Notes: a model not told the origin generated them from the letters alone. DNA of 64,000 bases from Eledone cirrhosa (GCA_964016885.1 OZ024742.1:146878001-146942000), one strand, 5' to 3'. Counted from the stretch's first letter, positions 22,845 to 36,573 are shown. A program made the numbers and translations.

Positions 22845-23777
22845 TATATTATATTTTGAGAATAAACTCTCAGTCGTTTACAATAATTAAGCTCCAGGAA
22901 AAGGGGCTCTTCCGAGCAGTTAAATACATTAAAATATATGATAAACACGAAATGTGTTTACATTGCAACAGACAAAGTTAGCTATTAATGAAATAAACTA
23001 ATTTAAGTGAATACAATTTGTCTGTCTCGATATAAGTCAATAAAGACAAGCTTATATTGGCAACGGCCATGATTCCTGGACAGATTTAAATTTCAAAATT
23101 CAAACCTGTTCTGTAGACGAATTTGAACCTCGAAACCTAAATAAGTTTCGCAACGGTGGTATGTGAATTGAAAAATAAAGAGAATCGAAATGGAATAGAA
23201 ATAAAAAAGTGAAATATCCAAATCTTCTGTGCTTATCAACAGGAATCCAGTAAAATTAGTACATCTCACATCAAAAATTTTGCAGGTCAAAATATAATAT
23301 AGTGTATGGCTCCTTTATTGTAGAGCTGATCTTTAATCCTGCATAAGCGGCTGTTATTTCTAGCACCGTGAATGTGGGACGGCTAGTTTGGCCTGCCTAC
23401 ACATGTGTAGTCAGACCTGCAAAATTTTTGATGTGAGATGTACTAATTTTACTGGATTCCTGTTGATAAGCACAGAAGATTTGGATATTTCACTTTTTTA
23501 TTTCTATTCCATTTCGATTCTCTTTATTTTTTAATTCACATACCACCGTTGCGAAACTTATTTAGGTTTCGAGGTTCAAATTCGTCTACAGAACAGGTTT
23601 GAATTTTGAAATTTAAATCTGTCCAGGAATCATGGCCGTTGCCAATATAAGCTTGTCTTTATTGACTTATATCGAGACAGACAAATTGTATTCACTTTAA
23701 TTAGTTTATTTCATTAATAGCTAACTTTGTCTGTTGCAATGTAAACACATTTCGTGTTTATCATATATTTTAATGTA
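22845..23777. mobile_element. Young fold-back element with ~365-bp arms
   Basis: Near-identical arms 22924-23288 and 23414-23777; tail 22845-22923; TA flanks; variant hammerhead core TTGATAA at 23463. Confidence 0.8.
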
Positions 23778-23799
23778 TATATATATATATGTGTGTGTG

Positions 23800-24712
23800 T
23801 CATCATCATCATTATATGTCCATTGTTCTATGGTTGCATGCATTGGACAGGTCCTTCTCAGTACACCATCTCTCCACCTGTTGTGTTCCTTTGTCATCTC
23901 TTCTGTGAGCTTCAGTGATCTGAGATCAATTCTCACCACTTCCATCCAGGTTTTCATTAGTCTTCATTTATTGCAGCTTCCTTCCACTGGGATTACTTGA
24001 CACTTCTTCACCTTGTTATTATCAACCTTGCACATCACATGACCATGCCAATGCAGTCTCCTCTCCTGCACACTACTTCTGATTCCTCTTACACCCAGTT
24101 TCTCCCTCAGTTCATCCATGCTTATATATAAATATCATCATCATCATCATCATCATTTAACATCCATTTTCCATGCTTGCATGGGTTAGACGGTTGTCAC
24201 ATTATGAGACAATTCAGGTCAGGTGACTATGTCTTGCCCATACAGATCTGTGTTTTGGCTTGGTTTCTACAAATAGATGCCCTTCCTACTGCCAACCACA
24301 TTACAGTGTTGACTGGGTGTTTATATCATGTCACCAGCACATCCACGTTATAGGGTGGACTGGGTGCTTTTGTTGTTGTGGTACTGGATCAGCATGCAGA
24401 GTAGACTTAGTGCTTTTGTTGTGGTAACAGCATTGTGGACGATCAGATGTAGTGCATGTCCAGTTTTCATGTTTGTATGCGAGGGTTGGGCAAGCAAAGT
24501 GTATTAGGGGTGAGGGTTTGGAGTGAAGGACAAGTATGCAAGTTCAACATTGACAATATATATATACATATATGCATGCATGTGGTGTTAAGAAGGGCAT
24601 CCAGCCGTAGAAAACCCGCCAGACAGTCCTATACAAGCAGGACAACCAATCTTGCCTCAAGTGGGAGAACTCCCATCCAAACCCATGCAAGCGTGGAAGA
24701 TGGACGTTAAAC

Positions 24713-24750
<38 letters not shown>
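23800..24750. mobile_element. Cluster of old RTE 3' fragments
   Basis: 23800-24120(-), 24135-24430(-), 24580-24750(+) with (GAT)n tails. Confidence 0.65.
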
Positions 24751-24754
<4 letters not shown>

Positions 24755-25222
24755 TGTATGTATGAATGCATATATATATATATATGTATGTATTTATGTA
24801 TGTATGCATGCATGAATGCATATATATATATATATATATATGTATGTATTTATGTATGTATGTGTGTATTTATGTATGCACAGAGAGGAAAAGAAAGTTG
24901 TGTTACCATAGTTTCAATGCATAAAGATTGCCTAATTTTAAGATCTAAATTGTTCCAAGACAAACACTAGAGACACATAGGGTACAGAAGGAAGTGTATT
25001 TGTTAAGGGTACAGTTTGGAATGATGCCCAAGATTATAATATGGTTTTAGTGATGACTAAGAATGTGTAAAAAGCAAGTAGGTAGGAATACAGTATTATT
25101 TATTAGAGTACAGTGTTTGTATTAGAGAATAGTCTGTATTAGAGTATAATTTCTGTATTAGAATACAGTACTGTGAATAAGAGTATTGTAATGTATATAA
25201 AAATACAGCGTTATGTATAAGT

Positions 25223-25665
25223 ATGTTGCTGAAGCATGGAACAAACTACCTGCATCAGTTGTTAGCTGTCGAGACACTGCATCCTTTAAAACCTCCATGC
25301 TTCCTGAAATTCGCTGACACTACGCCTGGCACCCCCCCCCCCCCCATATACATGTATATCATGACTCATACACTGTTCACTTTCCTGACATTTGTACATT
25401 ATTCTATGTACTATCGGTAGAGGGTCGGACGCCATGCTTTGACGCATAGAGTTACGGCCCTTTCCATTCTGAGTTCAAATCCCGCCGAAGTTAACTTTGC
25501 CTTTCATCCTTTCGGGGTCGATAAAATAAAGTACCAGTCATGTACTGGGTAATTGCTGGCCTTGTGCCAAAAGTAGAAACAATTATTCTATGTACTATAC
25601 ACGCACCTTTGATGAGTTGTAGTGCACCTGAGCACTGTACACAATAATTTCATTATTATTATTAT
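25223..25665 (+). mobile_element. CR1-like tail with nested SINE A (25415-25585)
   Basis: TSD attattctatgtactat flanks the SINE. Confidence 0.8.
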
Positions 25666-25674
25666 TGTTATTGT

Positions 25675-26765
25675 TATTGTATATAGGAGTACTGTATTAT
25701 ATATAAAAGTACTGTATTATATATAAGAGTATATAAGAGGGGGGTGGATTGGCAGTATCAGTAGAGGGTCGGATGCCATGCTTTGCAGCCAAGAGTTACG
25801 GCCCTTTATGGTCTGAGTTCAAATCCCGCCGAGGTTAACTTTGCCTTTCATCCTTACGGGGTCGATAAAATAAAGTACCAGTAATACACTGGGATAATTG
25901 CTGGCCTTGTGTCAAAAGTAGAAACAATTATATATAAGAGTACTGTATTGTATATAAGAGTACTGTATTATATATAAGAGTACTGTATTGTATATAAGAG
26001 TACTGTATTATATATAAGAGTACTGTATTGTATATAAGAGTACTGTATTATATATAAGAGTACTGTATTGTATATAAGAGTACTGTATTATATATAAGAG
26101 TACTGTATTATATATAAAAGTACTGTATTATATATAAGAGTACTGTATTGTATATAAGAGTGCAGTGTTGTGTATAAAAGCACAATATGGTATGTATAAG
26201 AGCACAATATTCTGTATAAGAGCACAATATTCTGTATAAGAGTACAATATTCTGTATAAGAGTACAATATTCTGTGTAAGGGTTCAGTGTTGTGTATAAG
26301 AGTACAATATTCTGTAAAAGGGTACAATATTCTATATAAGGGTTCAGTGTTGTGTATAAGAGTACAATATTCTGTAAAAGGGTACAATATTCTGTATAAG
26401 GGTTCAGTGTTGTGTATAAGAGTACAATATTCTGTATAAGGGTTCAGTGTTGTGTATAAGAGTACAATATTCTGTAAAAGGGTACAATATTCTATATAAG
26501 GGTTCAGTGTTGTGTATAAGAGTACAATATTCTGTATAAGGGTTCAGTGTTGTGTATAAGAGTACAATATTCTGTAAAAGGGTACAATATTCTATATAAG
26601 GGTTCAGTGTTGTGTATAAGAGTACAATATTCTGTATAAGGGTTCAGTGTTGTGTATAAGAGTACAATATTCTGTATAAGGGTTCAGTGTTGTGTATAAG
26701 AGTACAATATTCTGTATAAGAGTTCAGTGTTGTGTATAATAATAGTATTGCATATAAGAGTACAA
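25675..26765. repeat. 20-bp minisatellite with higher-order structure; SINE A inserted at 25741-25930
   Basis: tatataagagtactgtatt(a/g) grading into tctgtataagagtacaatat / ggttcagtgttgtgtataag units. Confidence 0.9.
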
Positions 26766-27093
26766 TGACCTGAAGCATAATAGAATTTCAAGTAGACTGG
26801 CTGACTGTCAACTTTCTCTGCACCCCAACTGTTTCATGTCAGTGCCCAGATACACACACATACATACACACATATGTGCATGTATATATACACACACACA
26901 TGCACACATGTACATGTATGCATCCACAGGCACATATCGCACAAACACACACATTAAACATTAAACATAACGAGACTTACATATGTGCACACATCTAAAA
27001 AAAAGTCAAGAGTGAGAAAACAAAAGGACAAATTGCTCAACAAATAGATAATAGAGATATAAATATGTCAGTAAACAGAGAGGTACTAACATA

Positions 27094-27146
<53 letters not shown>

Positions 27147-27249
27147 GCAGATTTTGCCACAACCTGTACAAGTAGACAAAGTTCCATTAATTTTGTATTC
27201 ATTTACTGGTTGTTTTTTACTTATATTCCTCTTAATATTTACTTGCATT

Positions 27250-27730
27250 AATCTATTTTGCTCAAAAGTTTCCACACTGTCACAAATTTTTTAGCTCCAG
27301 GTAGATCGATCTTGATATGTCTTTGTGACCAAACCCAAGACTCTAAACTACCAAAAGATGTTGCTGCCTTTTGAATCCTTAGAAATATTTCTGGATCCAA
27401 TGTTCCATCTTTACTCATTGTACTTCCAAGATATATGAATGGTTCAACAACATTAAGAAGTTTTCCCCTCACATATATTTTCAGTTGCTGCACAACTTGA
27501 CCAGGGGCAGGTTGACATAAAACTACCGTTTTCTTTATGTTTATGGTCAAATCAAATATATCACATGCCAAATCAAATGCAGAGATCAACAATTACAAAT
27601 CATGCTCAGTATGACTGACAAAGGTCACAGTCATCAGCATATAGAATATCTCTTATTAGTGAGGTGAACACTTTAATCTAAAATTTCATTCATGCTAAAT
27701 TGAAGACAGTTCCTGTTGTATGATATCTTA
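27250..27730 (-). mobile_element. BovB-like RTE RT fragment
   Basis: FDLTINIKKTVVLCQPAPG...FIYLGSTMS...EIFLRIQKAATSFGSL. Confidence 0.8.
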
Positions 27731-28077
27731 CATACACCAAGTCCGTAGGGTTCTTTTTGAAGCAATGTTTCACGGCCAGATGACCTTCCTGGTACCAATA
27801 CTTTTAGTTGCCTCTACAGTGTACTCTATTCTAAACCAGATATATATAGAGGCCCTGAAAAAATAAATGGGTCAGCTGTATTGCCCCTCCTCCTACCTGA
27901 CTAAGCAGTACAAAAATGAATAAATAAGCAGCACATCAAGAACATCAAGATATTGATTAAACTTCAGTCCAGTATAGACTTTAATGAGGTGACCTAATGG
28001 TCAGGTGGTGGCAGTATTAAACTGGGCAACAAGGTTTTAGTTATTAGGTGTATTTTCACTACATTGATTTTTTTTTA

Positions 28078-28400
28078 TCATCATCATCATCATCATCATC
28101 ATCATCGTTTAACGTCCATTTTCCACGCTAGCATGGGTCTGGACGGGAATTGTCCCACTTGAGGTAAGATTGGTTGTCTTGCTCAGGACTGTCTGGTGGG
28201 TTTTCTACGGCTGGATGCCCTTCCTAACACCAACCACGTTTACAGTGTGGACAGGGAGGTTTTTACCGTGTTACCTACACGGCCACATTACAGCGTGGAC
28301 TGTGTGTCTTTTTGTCGTGACACCTACACGACGTCATTTATTTAGGACTGGATGTTGTGGAACCAACATAACTTTACATCGAAAGGGGTGGTGTAGATGG
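28078..28400 (-). mobile_element. RTE 3' UTR
   Basis: (CAT)n plus ggatgcccttcctaacaccaacc. Confidence 0.8.
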
Positions 28401-30067
28401 CGGTATACAATATATATATATTATATATATATATATTGTATATATTTATATATATATATACATATACAAGAGACCCGCCCACCAGTACAAGCAATGAAAC
28501 ACTAAAAGCATAAATAGTAAGGAATTGGAAACTACATGGAGTAAGGAGGTCCCTTTTCCTGTAATGGATGAGAAGACCTCTGCCACAACAAAACACAGCA
28601 AAACAACGTTGGTGCCATGGTAGAAAGTACACAATACACTCTATAATGTGGTTGGTGATCAAATGGAAACTATATTGGTAGAGAGATCACTTCAGACTAG
28701 CCAAGCATATGACAACCTCTCTAATACTGTACCCATATTAGACACCCAGTATACTCTGTGTGTTGTCTGTATTGAGCTCATGCCTGTTGTTGCTATTGAG
28801 CTCACATGAGTTTATCACTGTTCTGTTTGACAATATCTGTAGAAACTGTATCAGAGTTCACACTTCATAGGCTGTGTGCCATGACACAATGAGTAATACT
28901 GGCCCACTGAGCTACATCAACTGTTAACACAAGGATATTGAGCAGTATCTATGCCTAACAACTATTGCCAATAATGTTGGTTTGTATGATTGATCCTCTA
29001 TGCGGTCTGTAGACTAAAAGTTCAGACCAATGAAAAAAATACTCATTTTTTTTCTCGATTCTGCACCAGTTAGAATCATAGCTTAAAAGCTTCTCTCTCC
29101 CATTGATTCGTTGTCTTAGATCTATTGTTTCAAACACTTAGATTGGCATGTTATGGATACAAATAATTATGCTCTAACAAAGTATTTATAGTTTGGGTTC
29201 AAATACTTTCACATTACATTAGTTTACTTTCTCTGTAATTAATATTGGACTGAATATATATGTTAGTTTTTCTACAGCCTTATGTAGGATAAATAAAAAT
29301 AATAGCTATTTGATTACACAGTTCCTCTTATTGTTATTTGATAACCCCTATCTTGGTTTTCTGAATTGTTTCTGTACATTAACATAATTAGTGGTGATCC
29401 ATATATTTATCACCACTACAGAGTGGTGAACTATTATCACTATAGACCTTTTATTGTCCTTCTTAACAACCAGTGGCATTTGTTAATATAACAACAAAGA
29501 TTGGCTACAATACTTAATGATTTGGGATAGTATTGGTGCCAACAGGTCTGAGCGTTGAATCAACTGTCAAAAGAATAAAACTGTCAAACTGTGGATTTAC
29601 ATTTATGTCATTGAGCAAGCCGTGGCTTCTGCCCCCCCCCCCCCTCCCCTATTCGTTCATCACAACCACTCTAAGAAAACAGTAGCTCCCATTAAGCATT
29701 TACTTGGTCTGTGACAATCTATCCAACCCATGTCAGTATCAGAAAGTGAACAATAAATGATAATGATGATGATGATGATGATAATGTTGAATTCACTATC
29801 AAACAATGACTATACAAGAGATGTTTGTGACATATACTTTCACAGTTACTGCCTGGGTTTGTTATGATCAGCCACACCTATATCAGTATGGAAACGCAAA
29901 CATTAAATGATAATGATGTTGGTGATGATGGTGATGATGATGAAGACGGTGATGATGAGGAGGAGGAAGAGGGGAGGAGGATTATGATGGTGGTGATGAT
30001 GATTATATCATGACTACACCAACAAAAGATATTCGTTATATATACATTTACAACAGACTTTCTGTCT

Positions 30068-31370
30068 AGATATCATAGTAGTTTCATAGTTATGTCTGAT
30101 ATCATGATAGTTTCATAGTTATGACTGATATCATGGTAGCTGATATCGTTATGTCTGATATTATAGTAGACTGATAGTTGTCTGATATTATAGTAGCCTG
30201 ATAGTCGATAAAATAAAGTACCAGTAATGCACTGGGTAATTGCTGACCTTGTGCCAAAAGTAGAAACAATTATAGTAGCCTGATAGTTGTCTGATATCAT
30301 GATAGTTATGTATGATATCGTGGTAGTTTGTCAATAATGTCTGATATCATGATATATATTTCATGATATGTTTCTTTATTAGCCACAGGGGCACAAAAGA
30401 AGGGGACAAATACAAAGGGGGAAGTTTACATACAATAAAAACGTGTAAAATACTATCACAAATGCAATTTAAAAAACAATCGATTTTCCCCAATAGGGGA
30501 GACATGATATATTTCATGATAGTTATGTATGATATCGTGGTAGTTAGATAGTTATGTCTGATATCATGAGAGTCTGATAGTTATGTCTGATATCGTGGTA
30601 GTTTCATAGTCATGTTTGATATCATGGTAATTTGACTGTTATGTCTGACATCATGGTAGTTTGTCAATTATGTCTGATATCATGATAGTTAGATAGTTAT
30701 GTATGATATCATGGTAGTTTGATATTTATGTCTTATATCATGGTAGTTTGACTGTTATATATGATTTCATGTTAGAAATCATGCATAACATGTTATGTTT
30801 GATATCATGGTAGTTTTACAGTTATGTCTGATATCATGGTAGTTTTACAGTTATGTCTGATATCATGGTAGTTTGATATTTATGTCTGATATCATGGTAG
30901 TTTGACTGTTATGTATGATTTCATGGTAGTATCATAGTTATGTTTGATATCATGGTAGTTTTACAGTTATGTTTGATATTATGCTAGTTTGATAGTTATG
31001 TTTGATATCATGGTAGTCTGACAGTTATGTCTGATATCATGGTAGTTTGACTGTTATGATGATATTATTGTAGTTATTTAATGGACGGTGGATTGGCAGT
31101 ATCGGTAGAGGGTCGGATGCCATGCTTTGATGCATAGAGTTACGGCCCTTGCCATTCTAAGTTCAAATCCCGCCGAGGTTAACTTTGCCTTTCATCCTTA
31201 GGGGGAGCCGATAAAATAAAGTACCAGTAATGCATTGGGTAATTGCTGGCCTTGTGCCAAAAGTAGAAACAATTATTGTAGTTTGGTAGTTACGTCTGAT
31301 ATAATGGTAGTTTGGTAGTCATGGCTAAATATTTTGGTAGTTTTCTAGTTATATAAGAAAGTAGTTGTGG
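30068..31370. repeat. ~29-bp minisatellite with nested SINEs (30203-30272, 31083-31277)
   Basis: Unit tgatagttatgtctgatatcatggtagtt. Confidence 0.9.
30369..30502 (-). mobile_element. Tx1/L1-like 3' tail
   Basis: Similar to 2452-2610 (tttctttatt..ccac; ttccccaat.gggga gac); approximate TSD catgatatatttcatgata. Confidence 0.6.
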
Positions 31371-32000
31371 ACAGATATTGTGGTAGCTTGTTATATTTGT
31401 AAGGTATGGAGATGGACAAGCAGATAGAAGGAATCTTAAAGTAATATCTTAGAAGTTGCTAGACAACTCTCCAGATAATTTCATTGTCATAGAAATCACT
31501 CTGAGGTATTCCACTCACTTTGTTCTGGTGTAATTACTAACTATTGATACAATGTTTCATCAGAATCCAGCAGACACTTTCCTCCCTTCATAATATTGAT
31601 GAGGATTTAAAGGGCAATTAAAATATTGTAATTAAAATGAATCCATTCATCATCTGATCTATTTATAGAAATTATTATTATCATCCTTTTACACCCACTT
31701 TTCTATGTTTGCATGGGTTGGACAGGTCTTTTCCAGCACAGTTTCCATCAACCTACTGCGTTCCTTCATCAACTCCTTTGTTGGATTCAGCATTTTGAGA
31801 TCTCCCCTCACAACTTCTTCCCCAGGTCTTCCTTGGTCTTCCTCTACTGCAGCTTCCTTCCACTAGGAACTCCTATCACTTCTTCACCCAACTAGGATCA
31901 TTCATACACATCACATGTCCATATCAGTACAATAATTTCTCTTGCACACTTGATTCCTCTTATACCCAGTTTCTCTCTCAGCCCTTCCATTCTTTGCTGT

Positions 32001-32203
32001 ACTCTGTATTTACTATTGTATTTTCATGGTAAAGACTTTATCCCACATAATTATCCCATATAATATCGAAGCTATGAAATTTTTATGTTATTTATTTTGA
32101 CAACAATACCTTAACATTACTATGAATGACAGGTTACAGCCGATTTGAACAGAAAGAAGTGAGAGAATTCTGGCCGGATACAACCAGTTTAAATGCTAAA
32201 GGG
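32001..32203 (+). mobile_element. piggyBac MITE copy (left TIR lost) inside an RTE remnant (31680-32250)
   Basis: Homologous to 22071-22290; ends taaatgctaaaggg-TTAA. Confidence 0.8.
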
Positions 32204-32454
32204 TTAAGCATATTTACATCACACATCCATAAAAGCATGCTTGCTTCGTGTTCCAAAGATATTGCTGGTAGTGTTGTTTTTTTGTCAATTAAATTGGTTG
32301 ATTTCTTCTGTTATTGTGTTATTATAGATTATTTCCAAGTAGGTTGATATTTGTATTATTGTCATATAGATTATTTATTGAGAATGGTTCAGTGGATGAG
32401 TGAAGTATCATTGAGAAGAAGAGTGGAAGACAAAACAATAAATTGTGAAAGGTG

Positions 32455-32975
32455 ATAGAAATAAAGCTAGTGATGAATTTTGTCAAGACAAATCAAATGA
32501 GATGGTTGGGTCGTGTATTGAGGAAGGGTGGAAGTGACTGGATGATAGAAACAGAGCCAGCAATGAATGTTGTGAAGAAAAATGGAATAAGTTGGTTGGG
32601 TCATGTGTTGAGGAAGGATGAAAATGACTGTGACTGTATGATGGGAATGTTTGGAATAAAACCAGTGATGAATGTTGTGAAGAAAAATGGAATGAGATGG
32701 TTTAGTAATGTGTTGAGGAAGGATGAAAGGGATTGGGTGTGAGGTATAGGGCCAGTGATAAATGTTGTGAATAGAAATGGAATGAGATGGTTTAGTCATG
32801 TGTTGAGGAAGGATGAAAGGGATTGGGTGTGAGATATAGGGCCAGTGATAAATGTTGTGAATAGAAATGGAATGAGATGGTTTAGTCATGTGTTGAGGAA
32901 AGATGAAAGTAACTGGGTGAAAGGGGGCATGGAAATGAATATAGAAGGAAGTAGAGGAAGGAGGAGACCTCAATA
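32455..32975 (+). repeat. Five ~90-bp tandem units derived from RTE C-terminal coding sequence
   Basis: Repeated MNVVKKNGMRWFSHVLRKDE.DW, ending MNIEGSRGRRRP. Confidence 0.85.
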
Positions 32976-33698
32976 ACTTAAAACAGTTGTTGTTGCTGTT
33001 GTTTGTTTCTGCTACTGCTGCTACTGTTGTTGTTGTCGTTGTTGTTGTCGCGACAGCGGTGGTGGTAGTGGTAGTGGTGTGTTATAGATTATTTCCAGGT
33101 AGGATTATTTATATTTCTTTGAGATATCGATATACATTATTTCCAGATATAAATTAAAGATTTCCTAATGAAATGTTGTGTATATGTAATATATATAGTG
33201 TTATGTTGTTATTGTTACAGCAGATAATGAATTCATATATTGAACATTTAACAAGCCATTCAACATATCTGTGATAATAATGTTTACAGCAGAAGAAATA
33301 ATTTAATCAATGATGATATTATGTAAGGAATTGATCCATTAAACCTGTTTCTTTGTTATAACATGACCTATATGATACAAACAACAACATCAACAACAAA
33401 AAGTGTGTTACAGTTATTTTCCCTGATAAGCAAAGGTCTGTCTTGTTGGCCCCATGACATGTTTCCTATTTATCATAGTGTCCTTTTTGAAGCAATGTCT
33501 TGCAGCCGGATGTCCTTCCTGGTGCCACTCCTTTTAGTTGCTTCTTATGTTAACCAGATAGACACAAATGGTAGATATATAAAGTGTATCCAGTAAAATA
33601 ATAATAATTATGTTTGAAATCTCAAGGAATTCTACAAAAGTTGTATGATTTGGCAAAAATATTACCTAAAATATATGCCCTCAAATCTTTTAAAATAG

Positions 33699-33741
<43 letters not shown>

Positions 33742-34467
33742 CTGTATCTATCCTTTGTGATCCTGTCTATATTTCTGTACGCCTGAAGAAGGGCTAAAGC
33801 CCAACACATCAAACTTTCTTTCCCTTTTTCTATATAAAGTGTGAAACTAATAAGACTTTTTGTACCTCTGTTTTGTTGTCCCCTTGAACTATATATATAT
33901 ATATATATATATATACTATAATTAGGTTTAATCTATGCATATAAAATATAAATCGATTATGTTTCTCAACAACAAAAGCTTAATGAGCATTAAGCAGATA
34001 GCATCAATTATACAAATTTAAATGATATATATAAAATTCTTTTTCATATATCAAGTTGAGAAACTACTAGTATTATGTACAAATATATAGAAACAAGTAA
34101 TAAATATATTCACTTAAAGTTAGAATCAAGTCAAAAACATCTGGAGCAAACTTATATGAACCGTTTCATGAATCCCAGATGTTGGTTATACGATCGATTT
34201 TAATGATCAGTATCAATCACTAAATATCGACCTAGGTAATAAGCATCATTAGGACCACGTAACTTCAGTAACTTTTCTGATATTTTCTATATATATCTCA
34301 CAGTGCACACTTACTAGTTACCTGCCCATGGAAGACACATACATTAACTAGATATATGAAAACAATTATTTTTTATATATCGTTTAAATTTCATTGAGAT
34401 GTGCAAGTAGGTGATAGGGTGCATGTTTGAGATTTTCTCAAACATGAAATCTATACTTTTGAGTGTA

Positions 34468-34500
<33 letters not shown>

Positions 34501-34503
<3 letters not shown>

Positions 34504-35208
34504 TCATCATCATCATCAACGTTTAACGTCTGTGTTCCACGCTTGCATGGGTTTGGACGGGGGTTTTCCCACTTGAGGCAAGAGTGATTATCTTGCTCGC
34601 ATAGGACTGTCTGGCGGGTTTTCTACAGCTGGATGCCCTTCCTAACACCAACCACATTTACAGTGTGGGGCTGGGAGGTTTTTACCGTGTTGCCTACACG
34701 GCCACATTACAGCGTGGACTGTGTGTTTTTTTGTCGTGACACCTACACGATCTCATTTGTTTCGGCCTGGATGTTGTGGCACCAACATAACTTTACATTG
34801 AAAGGGGCGGTGTGGATGGGGTGGGGGTGGTGGGACGGGGGTGTATTTTGTTAGAGATGCCTACTGACTGTAGTAGGTTTTACTTTGTATTTAGGTAAGG
34901 CGGGCCTTCTCTATTACTGAGTACCGCCAAAGGTCTCGGTCCAGTGACATTGTCTTGGAGAGGTGTAAGTGTGTGAGGTCGGAATTTATCAGCTCGTCCC
35001 AGGTTTTTCTGGGTCTGCCTATTCCGTGGCTACCGTCTATCTTTATTGCCCTGCACTTTGTTATACAGCTGTCGTCTTTCATGCGCATCACGTGACCATA
35101 CCAACGTAGCCTTCTCTCGAGTAAACAACATCTGATCCCTCTTATTTCTAATTTTTTCCTTAGTTCGTTTATGCTTTGCCGTTCACGTATATTACTATTA
35201 CACATCCA
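34501..35208 (-). mobile_element. 5'-truncated RTE LINE (subfamily 2)
   Basis: [11 protein letters not shown]...KARLT; (TA)n on both sides. Confidence 0.9.
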
Positions 35209-35210
35209 TA

Positions 35211-35310
<100 letters not shown>

Positions 35311-35469
35311 TATACATATTGTTATACTTTGGGAGGGTCATATTGCCAATAAGAAACACATGCACCAGTTGCTTTCACTTCAATTTATTATAATAAATTT
35401 ATAAATTTAGGAATTTATAAATTTCCGGTTGGTTAGTTGGTTCCACAACCAGATGGTTGTTTATATATT

Positions 35470-35512
35470 GTCAAAGTTCTTTCGTCACACATTCTGTGAC
35501 CTCTTCAGTGAC
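35470..35512 (-). ncRNA. Minimal hammerhead ribozyme motif (mirror copy)
   Basis: Reverse complement of 35625-35667. Confidence 0.7.
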
Positions 35513-35624
35513 TGGGGATTCTTTTCATCTTGTTTTCTATCCTACGCCATCTTGTTTTCACAAAAACAAGATGGCGTAGGACAGAACAAAGGAGAGGCAC
35601 AAAAAACAAAGAAAAGAATCCCCA

Positions 35625-35667
35625 GTCACTGAAGAGGTCACAGAATGTGTGACGAAAGAACTTTGAC
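35625..35667 (+). ncRNA. Minimal type I hammerhead ribozyme motif
   Basis: gtca-CTGAAGA-g-gtcaca(gaatg)tgtgac-GAA-AgaacT-T-tgac. Confidence 0.75.
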
Positions 35668-35880
35668 AATATATAAACAACCATCTGGTTGTGGAACCAA
35701 CCAACCAACCGGAAATTTATAAATTCCTAAATTTATAAATTTATTATAATAAATTGAAGTGAAAGCAACTGGTGCATGTGTTTCTTATTGGCAACATGAC
35801 CCTCCCAAAGTATAACAATATCGGTTTCAACACACGTTTTCAGATAAAGAATCTTGCTAAACAAATTCAGAAACGAAATA

Positions 35881-35913
35881 TATATACATACATATATATA
35901 TATATATATTTAC

Positions 35914-35954
<41 letters not shown>

Positions 35955-35968
35955 CATATATATATATG

Positions 35969-36002
<34 letters not shown>

Positions 36003-36144
36003 CATATATATATTCATACATATATATATATATATATGTATATATATACATATATATATATGTATATATATATACATATATATATATATATGTATGTATA
36101 TATATATGTATGTATATATATATATGTATATATATATATGTATT

Positions 36145-36181
<37 letters not shown>

Positions 36182-36200
36182 GTATTTATATATATACATA
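35881..36200. repeat. Interrupted (TA)n microsatellite
   Basis: Direct reading. Confidence 0.95.
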
Positions 36201-36204
36201 CATC

Positions 36205-36537
36205 CAGTGAAGCTTCCAGACCACACTGTAAAGCAGTCGTGATATGGTGACATGACAAAAAGTGCCCAGCCCACTCTATAAAGTGGTTGTGTTTGATAAA
36301 AGCAGCCTACATTGTAAAGTGGTTGTGCAGGTGCCACGACAAAAAGCACCCAGTCCACGCTGTAAAAGGAGTTTGGCCCTAGGAAGTGTATCCAGCTGTC
36401 AAAACCAAGCCAAAATCAGTTCTGTATGAGCATGACATGGTCATCTGACCTAGCATTGTTCACAACAGGATAACTCATCTAACCCATGCCAGCGTGGAAA
36501 AATTGATGTTAAATGGTGATCATGATGATGATGATAA

Positions 36538-36573
<36 letters not shown>

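Larger units (their letters stand above)
35316..35880. mobile_element. Young fold-back PLE-derived element
   Basis: 211-bp arms 35316-35526 and 35611-35821, about 2 mismatches; tail 35822-35880; terminus homologous to the PLE at 6384-6458. Confidence 0.85.

Noticed and set aside
25930-26760. CRISPR-like regular repeats (also 30068-31370)
   Set aside because: No unique spacers, no cas genes, eukaryotic context; these are minisatellites
28480-29600. Unique-looking sequence as possible host exon or UTR
   Set aside because: No long ORF, splice pattern or recognisable domain
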